Position numbers and translations under genes: made by a program. This document shows positions 18,162 to 27,759 of a stretch of DNA of 64,000 nucleotides, in pieces (the first letter of the stretch is position 1; the number at the start of each line of letters is the position of its first letter). The DNA lies in the IMG/VR virus record IMGVR_UViG_3300029922_000003, one strand, 5' to 3'. The stretch is from a virus. A model generated the notes under the pieces. The model saw only the letters and a program-made list of their open reading frames with translations. It did not search any database and was not told the origin of the DNA.

Positions 18162-18595
18162 TGGTGGAGGCGACGACATACGATAGTCGTGTCCACTGTA
18201 ATCTTCAACTAACCTTTATACACGCTTCGTTCATCTAATCAAGGGCTGTAGCGATGAACAACTACAGGGCCCAGGTTTTCAACTTAACGCAATTGATGCA
18301 TGCTTGGCTGAACCCTCATTAAGCAATTGAGGTGCCCTTTTGAAGTTCTGGGCATCGGGCGTCCCTGAACCGTGACGCTATGAGCGATCCTGCTTATTAG
18401 GCAGCTGCGAGCTCGTAGGAATCTTCATTGCTGAAGAGAACCTCGGCTGCATTGACCATTGCTGATCGGATCGACGTAGCTGCATTACGAATAGTAGCTG
18501 CATTTAGTCTTTTTACCAGATGATTAAAGAGGCCAACTGATATCCTCTACGTGTGGGTTGTGTCTCAGATTTCAATGTCGAATCCTTGCGCCCCC
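18162..18595 (-). ncRNA. ssrA: tmRNA (434 nt)
   Basis: 5' GGGGGCG pairs with 3' CGCCTCC-A-CCA including G3:U70; AAGGATTCGAC; P2 pairing ATTG-AATCT/AGATT-CAGT; pk1 GAGG/CCTC and ATCAG/CTGGT; tag ORF ending YELAAA with two TAA stops. Confidence 0.95.
18397..18501 (-). other. tmRNA tag reading frame AATIRNAATSIRSAMVNAAEVLFSNEDSYELAAA (34 aa)
   Basis: Resume GCA 13 nt after pk1, preceded by AAAAAGACTAAAT; C-terminal LAA-type degron. Confidence 0.75.
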
Positions 18596-18893
18596 TAAAT
18601 CTTCTACTACTATCCCAGAATTACCTGGGATTGTAAACCGAATAGTATTGGCTTTTGCGATACTTCCTTATGGAAGCATTCCTAACCAACCTATTCACTG
18701 AGTTCATAAACATAATGATACAACAGGAGAAGCTCCCTCTATGATATATACCCTCATTCTAGAATTTGGTATCCTTCACATAGCGCGGTAAAGTCGGTTA
18801 CGTCCCACTTTAGCGCCTGCCAACCTCACGCACGAACTTACGTATAAGCACACCGGGATATACGCACTCTTTGTGCTTGAGATTCTCTAAATT

Positions 18894-18965
18894 TGGAGTG
18901 GGGGCATTGAAGTAGGTTTTATGCTAAAAACATAGAGTCGTTTTCTCCTTCTTCGTTGCCCCCAC
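18894..18965 (-). pseudogene. tRNA-like relic (72 nt, Lys-TTT-like loop, no T-stem)
   Basis: 8-bp acceptor-like stem GTGGGGGC/GCCCCCAC plus TCCA; TATG-TTTTTAG-CATA hairpin; TTCAAT without a pairing stem. Confidence 0.4.
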
Positions 18966-19081
18966 AAATTGTTCCCCACCCTATATAGATTTGCAAGCTC
19001 TAAACGACATTACTCTCGCCAGTCTTCGCTCTGGGTCTTAGGTGTCGGCCTCACCCCTGTGAGATGGGGCTGGCTAGGGTG

Positions 19082-19132
19082 TCAACTTTTAGGTAGCAGA
19101 ACTTGCATTCCTGCTAGAACCCTAAAAGTTGA
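19082..19132. repeat. Long hairpin (inverted repeat)
   Basis: TCAACTTTTAGG/CCTAAAAGTTGA (12 bp perfect) plus inner TAGCAG/CTGCTA. Confidence 0.75.
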
Positions 19133-19218
19133 AATTGGGATATCTCTGGAGGTAATATGTAATTACTAACTCCAATATATTATGGCAAAACAGGAGTACT
19201 TTTATACCCCCCCCTCTA

Positions 19219-19992
19219 CTAATTTGTAACAGACATCGTACCCTCTAGAAGTCTCTTAACCGTGCTACCACTTGTCAGCGTTAAGGTATATACATATGTT
19301 CCCACTGTAATAGTGGATGTATCTTCAGAAGAAATATTTAGAGCAATCGTGCCGGCCTCGCCACCAAGAGCAATTCTTTCATTGCTGGTAGAAAGGGTGA
19401 AGATCGCTGAGTCGCTACTTAAGCTATTCTTGATCAGCATCTCTGCAGTATACCCAGTAAGATTGACTGGCTCGCCTGCAGAATTCCAGGTGATTATCTT
19501 GCTGAATGTAGACCCATTGATGATGTACATATTCAGGGTGTTAGTCTGAGATGGGTATGCATCAATGGTGTTTGTCGTAGGAGTAGTCTGAAGTTGGATA
19601 GTAGAGGAGGATGGGTACTCGACAATATTCACCGTACCGGTGTTGTAGGCAGACCACACATCCTTACTTCCATCATCTCTAAGTTGGAATACGTCCCAGT
19701 AATACACACCAGGAGAAAGTCTTGATGTCGTATCAGCGCCAACAGAGAACTCTGCTATCCCACCCTGACCATTCTGTGGAAATACAATCTGCTGGAACAC
19801 AACCGAATTAGATCCGAATGACCTTGTACTAATGGTGAACAATAGTCGTTTTGTACCAGGCTTGAATTGTACATAAACCTGGAACGACTCACCAATTCCG
19901 TAGGACAAGGGATCTGAGCCCCCTATTGGAGCTTGTACTCCTGGGATTATGATTGAGCTTGGATTAGCTAGGTTGCCTTCAAAGATTTCCAT
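19219..19992 (-). CDS. Virion protein with two Ig-like/BppU-N-like beta-sandwich domains
   Basis: C-domain GSTFSKIITW...PVNLTGYTA...GTYVYTLTL...RLLEGTM; N-domain with a similar GVYYWDV strand. Confidence 0.65.
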   Translation of the reverse strand: MEIFEGNLANPSSIIIPGVQAPIGGSDPLSYGIGESFQVYVQFKPGTKRLLFTISTRSFGSNSVVFQQIVFPQNGQGGIAEFSVGADTTSRLSPGVYYWDVFQLRDDGSKDVWSAYNTGTVNIVEYPSSSTIQLQTTPTTNTIDAYPSQTNTLNMYIINGSTFSKIITWNSAGEPVNLTGYTAEMLIKNSLSSDSAIFTLSTSNERIALGGEAGTIALNISSEDTSTITVGTYVYTLTLTSGSTVKRLLEGTMSVTN

Positions 19993-19993
19993 A

Positions 19994-21550
19994 TTACAGT
20001 CCTACTTGAGTCCAGTTGGTGATTATGCCGTTAGAGATCCCGATGGTATTGGTGACAAACGCTGCGGTGTTGGTTGTACTAATAGAGATCAAAGTAATAT
20101 TGGTTGTTATCCCATTACCAATACCAAGGTTCACCAAAGAGTTAGATGCATTTGTTCCTCCAGTTCCACCAAGGGAAAGTGGCACTGGCGTTCCACTAGC
20201 TATAGCTTGCAAATTAGAACTATAGGCTTGTACATTAGTACCAATCGAAACTCCCATTGCAGCCCTAGCAGTACTTCCAGAGACAGCCGTCCAGCTGCTT
20301 GATATACTAGCCAGGAACTGATTTGCTGATGGGGTCCCTATCGAAGAGATCGATTGAAGATTTGCATTAAAGGCTTGAACATTTGTTCCGATACTCAACC
20401 CCAGGGTCGTAACCAAAGACGCTGGTGATGCATTAGTCCAATTTGTAGAAACACCTCCAATGAGTACATAGTTGTTTGTTGGGACCACAGCAGAAACACT
20501 TGTTAGGTTGGAGCTGAATGCCTGAACGTTTGTACCAATAGACAACCCAAGAGAGCCAACAAATTGAGATGCGGTTTGTAGCACCCAGTTCGTAGATCCG
20601 CCTACAAGCACAGAGTTTGATGTAGGTACACCAAGAGTGCCGATCTGATTTAAAGACGAGCTATATGCTTCTACATTTGTTCCAATAGATAGTCCTAGGG
20701 ATGACTGAGCCGTTACTTGGTTGGTTCCACCGGTACCACCGTTAGATAAAGTCAGAGCCGAGGGCAATGCAATGCCTCCAGAGAATGTCTGAAGAAGTGG
20801 CCACGTATTGTTTGTATACACCCTCGCATACAGATTGTCGGCACTCGTTGAGTTTAGTGCATAACTCCTATAGGTGGAAACTACAGCTGAGTTTGTGTTA
20901 AAAAACCCATTAGTCCCTAGGTTTGACACAATCACATTTGCATTTGTAAAAACAAAGTCATTTGTAGATGAGAACACACTATTACTGAAGTTTATAGAAA
21001 GCCCGTTTGAAGCACTAGCAGAAGGGAGAGATAGGTTTCCGGTTATAGTTCCAGACCCCAAATAAAAGTTTCCAGGTCCACTAATTGACCAACTGAACCC
21101 AGTATATCCAGTGTTTGCCGCACCGACTGTTTGTGCTGTCGCAAAATAAATAGTGCTCTGACCACCTCTAATAACTATCGGCTGATTAAATCCAGAATCT
21201 AAACTGATACCATATAGGGTTAGTGCATCATTCTCAATTAATCCAACATTTACGTGAGACATAGAGATTGTATTAGATGTAAATGTAAGTCCCTGGACAA
21301 CAGCTAGGCCAGATCCAGATTTTACCCAAAAAGATCCATTAGTTGCACTCACAAAACCAGGGAATAGGTTTGTGCCCGGAACCAGTGCGTTGCTATCTAG
21401 CGGTGCATATCCATTGGTAACACCTCTTGCAATTAGTGGTTGGTACCCAGCATTTCCAGCTAAGGTAGATGATACATTAAGGGCACTAGACTGAGAGAAT
21501 CCAGTAGCGCACAAGGCCAAGAACAGTAGTGTAGTTAGTATTTTTTTCAT
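19994..21550 (-). CDS. Tail-fibre-like repeat protein with an N-terminal signal peptide
   Basis: MKKILTTLLFLALCATGFS|Q; NGYAPLD; two GGTGGTN motifs; four LGLSIGTNV(Q/E)A(F/Y)-type repeats. Confidence 0.7.
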   Translation of the reverse strand: MKKILTTLLFLALCATGFSQSSALNVSSTLAGNAGYQPLIARGVTNGYAPLDSNALVPGTNLFPGFVSATNGSFWVKSGSGLAVVQGLTFTSNTISMSHVNVGLIENDALTLYGISLDSGFNQPIVIRGGQSTIYFATAQTVGAANTGYTGFSWSISGPGNFYLGSGTITGNLSLPSASASNGLSINFSNSVFSSTNDFVFTNANVIVSNLGTNGFFNTNSAVVSTYRSYALNSTSADNLYARVYTNNTWPLLQTFSGGIALPSALTLSNGGTGGTNQVTAQSSLGLSIGTNVEAYSSSLNQIGTLGVPTSNSVLVGGSTNWVLQTASQFVGSLGLSIGTNVQAFSSNLTSVSAVVPTNNYVLIGGVSTNWTNASPASLVTTLGLSIGTNVQAFNANLQSISSIGTPSANQFLASISSSWTAVSGSTARAAMGVSIGTNVQAYSSNLQAIASGTPVPLSLGGTGGTNASNSLVNLGIGNGITTNITLISISTTNTAAFVTNTIGISNGIITNWTQVGL

Positions 21551-21852
21551 CCTAGTTTTTTTAGATTAACTCCGGTTTGGGTAGATGTGTATGCATAAAT
21601 TGGTTCGTTTATGGAAAGGGTTTTCTTTAGTTTCTGCAGATCATCTTCAGAGAGATTTATTATAGCAGATAGGGCTTTGTCAGATATATCAGAAAGAATA
21701 TTGTTTGCTTGGCAAGTGGTACACCGCTCTTTTCTACCAGCCTCGGTTATCTTAGCTTTAGCTGCTTCAAATATAGGGTGTAAGGCTGGAATGTCTTTTA
21801 TTACGGCAGCAGTAGATACAATATTTAGAGCCTTCTTCTTAGTGATTATCAT
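21547..21852 (-). CDS. Hypothetical protein with CxxC
   Basis: Start reassigned to MIITKK; RCTTCQ. Confidence 0.65.
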   Translation of the reverse strand: MIITKKKALNIVSTAAVIKDIPALHPIFEAAKAKITEAGRKERCTTCQANNILSDISDKALSAIINLSEDDLQKLKKTLSINEPIYAYTSTQTGVNLKKLG

Positions 21853-21856
21853 GATG

Positions 21857-22582
21857 TTAGGCACCAACGAATACAATAGAATTACTTCCAGATGCTAGTG
21901 CGGCAGTTGTTGTGTATACATTGTACAGTACTGGGGCCCCGTACTTGTTGGTAAGAGTTACAGTGGAAAAATTAGTGGCTGTAGAAGTGCCATTCACAGA
22001 CAAGGATGACGTACCTATTGTGGCTGGATAACAGAATGAGTAGTAGTTAGACCCACTAGAGGTTTCCGATACAGTGAGTGATGTAGAGAATGATGTGTCT
22101 GATTGTAGTGCTGTAAGGTCAGATCCAGATGGAGTAGCGGTGGTATTCCCGTAGTATCTTGGGAAGGCATCAGCTGGATACATAGCAACAACATCTGGGG
22201 ATGTGTTGATCAAAAGGTCGTTTGCTGTAGCTAGTGACAGAACGTCCTGAGATATCACACTCCATGCATTGTCTAAATCTTGTGGAGACTTAAAAACCAT
22301 CTCTAGTGAGGATACACGGAAGAAGTTTGATCCATCAGGGTCTGGAGCATTTGGGGGGATAGACTCTAGCTCGTCTACAGAAGCAACTGAATACAGCGTG
22401 TCGCATACTCCATCAGTGTATGAGCTGTTTACATCCCTTTGCATTACGAATATTTCTGGAACTATATTGTATGCAGTATCTACATATACTTTCATACCAT
22501 AACCAACGAATCCAGAGATTGGGGTACTAGAGCTCTTATAACTAGAGCTTGTCTCTCTCTTTAGTAGCAAAACCGTATTCAT
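21857..22582 (-). CDS. Putative virion structural protein (two-domain, Ser/Thr-rich C-terminus)
   Basis: Start reassigned to MNTVLLLK; located in the fibre cluster. Confidence 0.65.
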   Translation of the reverse strand: MNTVLLLKRETSSSYKSSSTPISGFVGYGMKVYVDTAYNIVPEIFVMQRDVNSSYTDGVCDTLYSVASVDELESIPPNAPDPDGSNFFRVSSLEMVFKSPQDLDNAWSVISQDVLSLATANDLLINTSPDVVAMYPADAFPRYYGNTTATPSGSDLTALQSDTSFSTSLTVSETSSGSNYYSFCYPATIGTSSLSVNGTSTATNFSTVTLTNKYGAPVLYNVYTTTAALASGSNSIVFVGA

Positions 22583-22592
22583 TAAGCTTATT

Positions 22593-23024
22593 TTACTGAA
22601 AAATAGCCTGATAGCAAACACCATCTGTCCCGCCAGCACATCCAACCTGACCAACGGGGCCAGTAGCTACGGGAGTACTAAAGTCTGGTATCCCAGTGGG
22701 ACCTATAGGACCAGTAGCCCCTTGTGGTCCAGTAGGTCCAATACTACCAGCGGGAGTAGGATTCCCAGGAGGACCGGCACCACCCTGTGGTCCAGCAGGT
22801 CCAGCAGGTCCAGCAGGACCAACAGGACCAACAGGACCAACAGGACCAGCAACTGCCTCACTATACGGCCCCGTAGGGCCTGTACAGCCAATAGGGCCTG
22901 GCGCACCATCTAGTGCTACAGAAACTACAGTTTTAGGTATTTTAGGGCATAGTGAATCTATGGGTCCAGATGGGACTTCGCACCCCTGAATTACCGGTGC
23001 ATTAAATAAGCAGTCAGATTCCAT
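22593..23024 (-). CDS. Cys-flanked short collagen-like protein 1
   Basis: DCLF...C...LCPKI, GCTGP, (G-P-X)n, C-terminal Cys residues. Confidence 0.85.
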   Translation of the reverse strand: MESDCLFNAPVIQGCEVPSGPIDSLCPKIPKTVVSVALDGAPGPIGCTGPTGPYSEAVAGPVGPVGPVGPAGPAGPAGPQGGAGPPGNPTPAGSIGPTGPQGATGPIGPTGIPDFSTPVATGPVGQVGCAGGTDGVCYQAIFQ

Positions 23025-23025
23025 A

Positions 23026-23439
23026 TTAAGCCCAGGTACATTTTACACAACTACTGCACATAGATCCACCAGTTCCACCAGGAGATCCAGCTGCACCAGC
23101 TGATGGCGTTGGCCCAACTCCTCCCACAACTCCAGTGGGACCAACAGGGCCTACGGGACCCACGGGACCAGTAGGACCAACAGGGCCAGCGGGGCCTGCA
23201 GGACCGGCTGGGCCGACAGGGCCAACTGGACCAGCTGGACCAAGGGGGCCTGGTAATCCTACAGATAGGGGAGAGATTAACCCTGCTGGACCTGTACAAC
23301 CTACTGGTCCATCTATACCTTGATTAGATACAGAAGTTGGTGGAATTGGTTGTATCTTTGGACACAGTGGATCCACACCAACAGAAATTGTTGGGCAATC
23401 TAAAATTATGGGGTCATTAAATAAACAGTCTTGGGTCAT
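23026..23439 (-). CDS. Cys-flanked short collagen-like protein 2
   Basis: Start MTQDCLF at an ATGA overlap; same architecture; ends CSSCVKC. Confidence 0.85.
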   Translation of the reverse strand: MTQDCLFNDPIILDCPTISVGVDPLCPKIQPIPPTSVSNQGIDGPVGCTGPAGLISPLSVGLPGPLGPAGPVGPVGPAGPAGPAGPVGPTGPVGPVGPVGPTGVVGGVGPTPSAGAAGSPGGTGGSMCSSCVKCTWA

Positions 23440-23867
23440 TGCATGAATAGGCAAATAGAACACGGAGAACAGCCAGTGGAAATCCCTCCACCTCCATCAG
23501 AACCTTGTGGCCCCACGCCAGGACCAAATCCTGTTGCCCCCCTCGCCCCAGTAGCTCCAACTGGTCCAACCGACCCCATCGCCCCAGTAGCTCCAACAAC
23601 AACTCCATCGCCACCTTGAGGTCCAACTGGCCCCGCCGGACCCTGTGGACCGATACCACCCGCTGGTCCAGGAGGTCCTGCCGGCCCAGTACTTACAGCA
23701 ATAGTACCTGCAGGCCCAGTAGGGCCAGTGCATCCTTGTACTCCTTCCAGTGATACAGAAAGTGGTGGTGGAGCTGTATTAATCTTTGGGCACAGTGGTT
23801 CTACGCTAGTAGATGGACCAGTGCACCCAAGAACCGTTGGTGGAATAAAATCGCAATCCTGTTCCAT
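23436..23867 (-). CDS. Cys-flanked short collagen-like protein 3
   Basis: MEQDCDF...LCPKI...GCTGPTG (G-P-X)n ...GCSPCSIC. Confidence 0.85.
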   Translation of the reverse strand: MEQDCDFIPPTVLGCTGPSTSVEPLCPKINTAPPPLSVSLEGVQGCTGPTGPAGTIAVSTGPAGPPGPAGGIGPQGPAGPVGPQGGDGVVVGATGAMGSVGPVGATGARGATGFGPGVGPQGSDGGGGISTGCSPCSICLFMQ

Positions 23868-23871
23868 ATTA

Positions 23872-24696
23872 TTAAGGGCATTGCGCAGAATTGTTGGCGG
23901 GGTCTAGTGAAATCATTATGCTATTTGTAGATGGGCTATCTTTTATAATAACTCCAGGTCCAGCTACAATACTAAATACATCGTTGTTGTCTGGTGAGGC
24001 TCCATTAATAAGGGAAACATTTCCGTCACATACCCCATTGTCTGTACCATAGTAGACTTGTTGTCCAAGACCATACCCCTGTTGAGTAGTAAGAACAACT
24101 CCGCTACCGGACTGAGTAACTTCATTGTTTATGCCAGGAAGGAACACTACATCTCCGGTTATAAATCTTTCTGGGTTTCCGACCTGGGAGTGAATGACAC
24201 TAAGGCTATCAATAACAATACCACCCACATTCATCAATTGGGCCGGCTCCACAAACATAGGTCCTACCGTAGCGGATCCATTATTTTCAGGGATGAGCAC
24301 TGACAAAATTGGAGAATCAACAACTATTTTTACCTCAAGTGACTTAGCTCCAGAACTGGCAAGTAGCGTACTCTTGGATAGATATGGCCAGGTACTATTT
24401 GCGGCTGGGACATAAAAGCAAACAGTCCTTGATATAAGAGTATTGCCAGAGATGAGCTCAAAAAACAAATGAACCATACCAGTCTGTACAAATGATTCGT
24501 ATCCAGTGGGAACTGGGTGCCCAGATGTCTGGTCATAGATCATGTAGAAATTTGGTAGCGTATTTATTCCGAGTCTACTCCACCCCCTAAAATCTAGAAA
24601 ACAGGAATCTGGAACACTACTTGAGATAGTGTTCTCTACAAAAGGAAATGCCCTGTTGGCATTTTCATCTAAGAATGTAGGGAATAGTCCTGTCAA
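23872..24696 (-). CDS. Baseplate/fibre adaptor-like paralogue E
   Basis: N-terminal [12 protein letters not shown]; C-terminal INGASPD. Confidence 0.7.
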   Translation of the reverse strand: MTGLFPTFLDENANRAFPFVENTISSSVPDSCFLDFRGWSRLGINTLPNFYMIYDQTSGHPVPTGYESFVQTGMVHLFFELISGNTLISRTVCFYVPAANSTWPYLSKSTLLASSGAKSLEVKIVVDSPILSVLIPENNGSATVGPMFVEPAQLMNVGGIVIDSLSVIHSQVGNPERFITGDVVFLPGINNEVTQSGSGVVLTTQQGYGLGQQVYYGTDNGVCDGNVSLINGASPDNNDVFSIVAGPGVIIKDSPSTNSIMISLDPANNSAQCP

Positions 24697-25403
24697 TTTG
24701 ATAGAGATATTTGGATTCCATTTGGAATCGGATTTATTCTTATAATTTGCTGCACATCAGTAGAAGAAGCTGGTTGTCCAACATCCTGTGCCCTGATGAA
24801 AAGATTTCCATTCTTTGTTGTAATGGAGTTAATAGACTTTAGCGGTTGGAACGTTTTTAAGCAACAGTCTGAGCTATTGTCCCCCCCAATACTATTTACT
24901 ACAACATTACTGCCAGTACCAGTAATAGTGACCCCCTCTCCCTCAACAAGCTTGATAACTCCACTGTAGACATCTCTACCGATTTGTATAGAAGATACCT
25001 GTTTGGGGCTAAAGACAAAAATACATAGTGGATCTACTAGAATTGTGCCATCTTTGATCGAAGAGGAGGAGCTAGTAATAAAAGGAACCATAGATGGAGC
25101 AGATTCTCCAAAGACAATTGTACCAACCTGCTTGCCCCTTGAAGATGTAATTGGAGCAGCTGCGTTACATGAATTAAACGATGTCTGGCTAAATGAAAAT
25201 ACCTCGCCACTGTCTGACTTTAAAATCCCATTAATTACACTGCCACTCTGAGACAAAGATGATAGCCAGATGGATTGGGAACCATAAGACGCAATAGATA
25301 TATCAACAAAAAGATTGTTGGGGAAATACCCAGAAGAACCAATAAATGGGAACTCCTGACTCTCATGTTGATTTCTCCACTCTGTATAAATATCTGTTTC
25401 CAT
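24693..25403 (-). CDS. Baseplate/fibre adaptor-like paralogue D
   Basis: EWRNQHESQEFPF; LKSINSI. Confidence 0.7.
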   Translation of the reverse strand: METDIYTEWRNQHESQEFPFIGSSGYFPNNLFVDISIASYGSQSIWLSSLSQSGSVINGILKSDSGEVFSFSQTSFNSCNAAAPITSSRGKQVGTIVFGESAPSMVPFITSSSSSIKDGTILVDPLCIFVFSPKQVSSIQIGRDVYSGVIKLVEGEGVTITGTGSNVVVNSIGGDNSSDCCLKTFQPLKSINSITTKNGNLFIRAQDVGQPASSTDVQQIIRINPIPNGIQISLSN

Positions 25404-26236
25404 TATGATGTAAGGTATGACTCACTTGGGAGTCTTCCATCTGGGAATGGCAATGTTTGAGTCTTATTACACGCTGTCTGTGCTGTTTGTGGCAAAGACA
25501 ATAATATGCCATCGGACACATTGGTTATCTGCAACCCAAATGATGGGTCTACAACTATATTTATATTACCAGAGGAGTCTGGAGAAACGGTATTTATTTT
25601 TGCAATTGGAGGCAACAAGCAGTCGCACAGATTTGAGGCAGGGGTGCAGAGAGTAGAAATGTCTCCAGTGGAAGATAGATAAAATACAATACTGTATTCA
25701 ATAACCCCATTGACTACCTCCGAGCTTACGCTAGTAAGTAGCTCCCCTGATGCTGATATCAATACATTTCCAGTAAACTTTCCCCCACCACCTGACACAG
25801 AGGAAACAACCTCTGGACCCGCTGCCATAAAGCAGTGTGAGGAGAGATAGTTGGATGTTTTACTCAGCTTGTGCAATCCAGATCCAGACCAATGAGATAG
25901 TGTAGAAACCTCCCCAAAGGCAACCCACCCAGAAACATCAAAGTTGCCAACGCTTATAATATTTGCCACTGAATAGTCACTGGATATAGGTACCTGAGCT
26001 ATAAAAGAATCTTGCCCAGAAAAGCTGTCGTAAAACGAAGCAGTAATTAGAGTTTTAGAAAAATGAATCGAAGAAAGCACTGGTTGGAAGTCGTTGGATT
26101 GTGCAACCACCATGCAATCCACAATGATTGATGGAACAAGCACAAACCCAGTGTCAGACACTGGAGTGTCTCCGTATTCCAGCGGGAAAGACCTCAGCGA
26201 ATTTAAGTTGAACCAATCTTCTTTTGTTCCGATCAT
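25403..26236 (-). CDS. Baseplate/fibre adaptor-like paralogue C
   Basis: DWFNLNSLRSFPL; CDC...INTVSPDSSGNINI. Confidence 0.7.
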   Translation of the reverse strand: MIGTKEDWFNLNSLRSFPLEYGDTPVSDTGFVLVPSIIVDCMVVAQSNDFQPVLSSIHFSKTLITASFYDSFSGQDSFIAQVPISSDYSVANIISVGNFDVSGWVAFGEVSTLSHWSGSGLHKLSKTSNYLSSHCFMAAGPEVVSSVSGGGGKFTGNVLISASGELLTSVSSEVVNGVIEYSIVFYLSSTGDISTLCTPASNLCDCLLPPIAKINTVSPDSSGNINIVVDPSFGLQITNVSDGILLSLPQTAQTACNKTQTLPFPDGRLPSESYLTS

Positions 26237-27759
26237 GGCACTAGCTGTTTAATATCCCATTGTGGGATTGTGTTTGGTTTCCCGCACGAATTTAGAGTGA
26301 TTGGTTGACCATCAACCACCTTAGCAGTGTAGTGATCTAATTTGCACCCATAATTCTTGTTTGCCCCATATATACCATTTGAATAAGCGTCGACAGTAAT
26401 ACCAATCGTTCTAATGTCTCGGGATAATTCAGTGTTGTCTACAAATATCAAATCTACAAAACTACCTGGAGCAACTGGTGATTGAGTGCAGTAATCAGTA
26501 ACACCAGCCACTGTGGGGACTTGATTGGAGAATGATCCTGCATAGTCCTTGCTAGTACCCACAAGTGGAGGAAGTGTGGGTGGCACTCCAACATACAAAA
26601 TACTATCGCCATCAACAATAGAGAATTGTGATGGTAGTACAGTGGGATCATTCCCAGTAATATTGATAGAAAAGTGGATGTATGCAGGCAGTACACAAAC
26701 ATTCTGGAGGCTCACCTTGAAGTAGTTTGGATATACCCTCAAGTTTCTGACTTGGACTATGGGAGCTCTAGCATTATTGATTGTATCTACAGCCTCGTTG
26801 TATAGGGCTGTATTAGCTTGGATCATGTTAGATAGAATTGTGCACAGATCTTTTAGCTTTTGAGACCGCCTAGAAATAGCAGCACTGACGGCTCTATATT
26901 CTTCACAAGAGCAGCATGGTAGGCAGCTGCTTAAGATCTGAATAGTGTTTGCTACAACACCACCCCCATCAACGGGAGGTTGCTCGATGTGGTGCAAGCA
27001 ATCAGAAGTAGAGAGCGTTACATTGGAAGTAGGACCAGAACCAGAGACATCATTTATCCACAACAGCTCTCCAGAGACACCAGGGGTTCCACCATCTCCT
27101 GCTCCTGGAATAGAATCCAGGATAATCATAGATGGGTCGGCAAGGTCTTGGGTAATACTTATGTTATCTCCTCCGATTATTTTCTGGGTCACCTCCCTAC
27201 CCCACGTAGACTCAGGAGGGATTGGGGGAACCTGAGAGGTCGGCGAGTTGGTAGCAACAGGCTCAATAAAAATTCTCCTTATTGTGTGAGGTCCAGGATT
27301 AACCACACTATCGTCAATGGCAGACTGGCTTGACAAAAAACTTAATGTGTAAGCTCCAGACACGAGCGATCCAGCGCTCATTATCCATAGAGCCAAACTT
27401 GAATCTGGATCCCACTTCGCTCCTGGAGTAAAGGTTAGGCAGGAGTATTGAGTAGAGGACTTTACGGAGATCGGATGACCCACCCTACTTACAGAATTTA
27501 ATAGCCTATCTACAGTGACAACGATTGCTACTGTAGAATCTGAGATATAACTCAGTGTAAGTTCATACTGGTCAGCAGTTTGAAAGTATCGAATTAGTGA
27601 CAGGTAGACATCGTGATTGTGCCACCTGCCTGGTGTAAACTTAAGATCTACAATAAAGTCAAAAGGGATCGCTGGGTTTGACTGATTTTCTAAAACAGTT
27701 TCAGAAAATGGAAAAACCCTTATTGAATTCTCTTGTTGCCATCCTTGGGTATCTATCAC
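26233..27759 (-). CDS. Baseplate/fibre adaptor-like paralogue B (extended)
   Basis: GWQQENSIRVFPF; INDVSG; CLPCCSC followed by a coiled coil. Confidence 0.7.
   Translation of the reverse strand: MIDTQGWQQENSIRVFPFSETVLENQSNPAIPFDFIVDLKFTPGRWHNHDVYLSLIRYFQTADQYELTLSYISDSTVAIVVTVDRLLNSVSRVGHPISVKSSTQYSCLTFTPGAKWDPDSSLALWIMSAGSLVSGAYTLSFLSSQSAIDDSVVNPGPHTIRRIFIEPVATNSPTSQVPPIPPESTWGREVTQKIIGGDNISITQDLADPSMIILDSIPGAGDGGTPGVSGELLWINDVSGSGPTSNVTLSTSDCLHHIEQPPVDGGGVVANTIQILSSCLPCCSCEEYRAVSAAISRRSQKLKDLCTILSNMIQANTALYNEAVDTINNARAPIVQVRNLRVYPNYFKVSLQNVCVLPAYIHFSINITGNDPTVLPSQFSIVDGDSILYVGVPPTLPPLVGTSKDYAGSFSNQVPTVAGVTDYCTQSPVAPGSFVDLIFVDNTELSRDIRTIGITVDAYSNGIYGANKNYGCKLDHYTAKVVDGQPITLNSCGKPNTIPQWDIKQLVP

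Noticed and set aside
22690-23760. Multiple overlapping ORFs on both strands over the collagen genes, and the repeats as a possible CRISPR array
   Set aside because: These are shadows of G-P-X codon periodicity; the repeats are 9-nt coding units without unique spacers.
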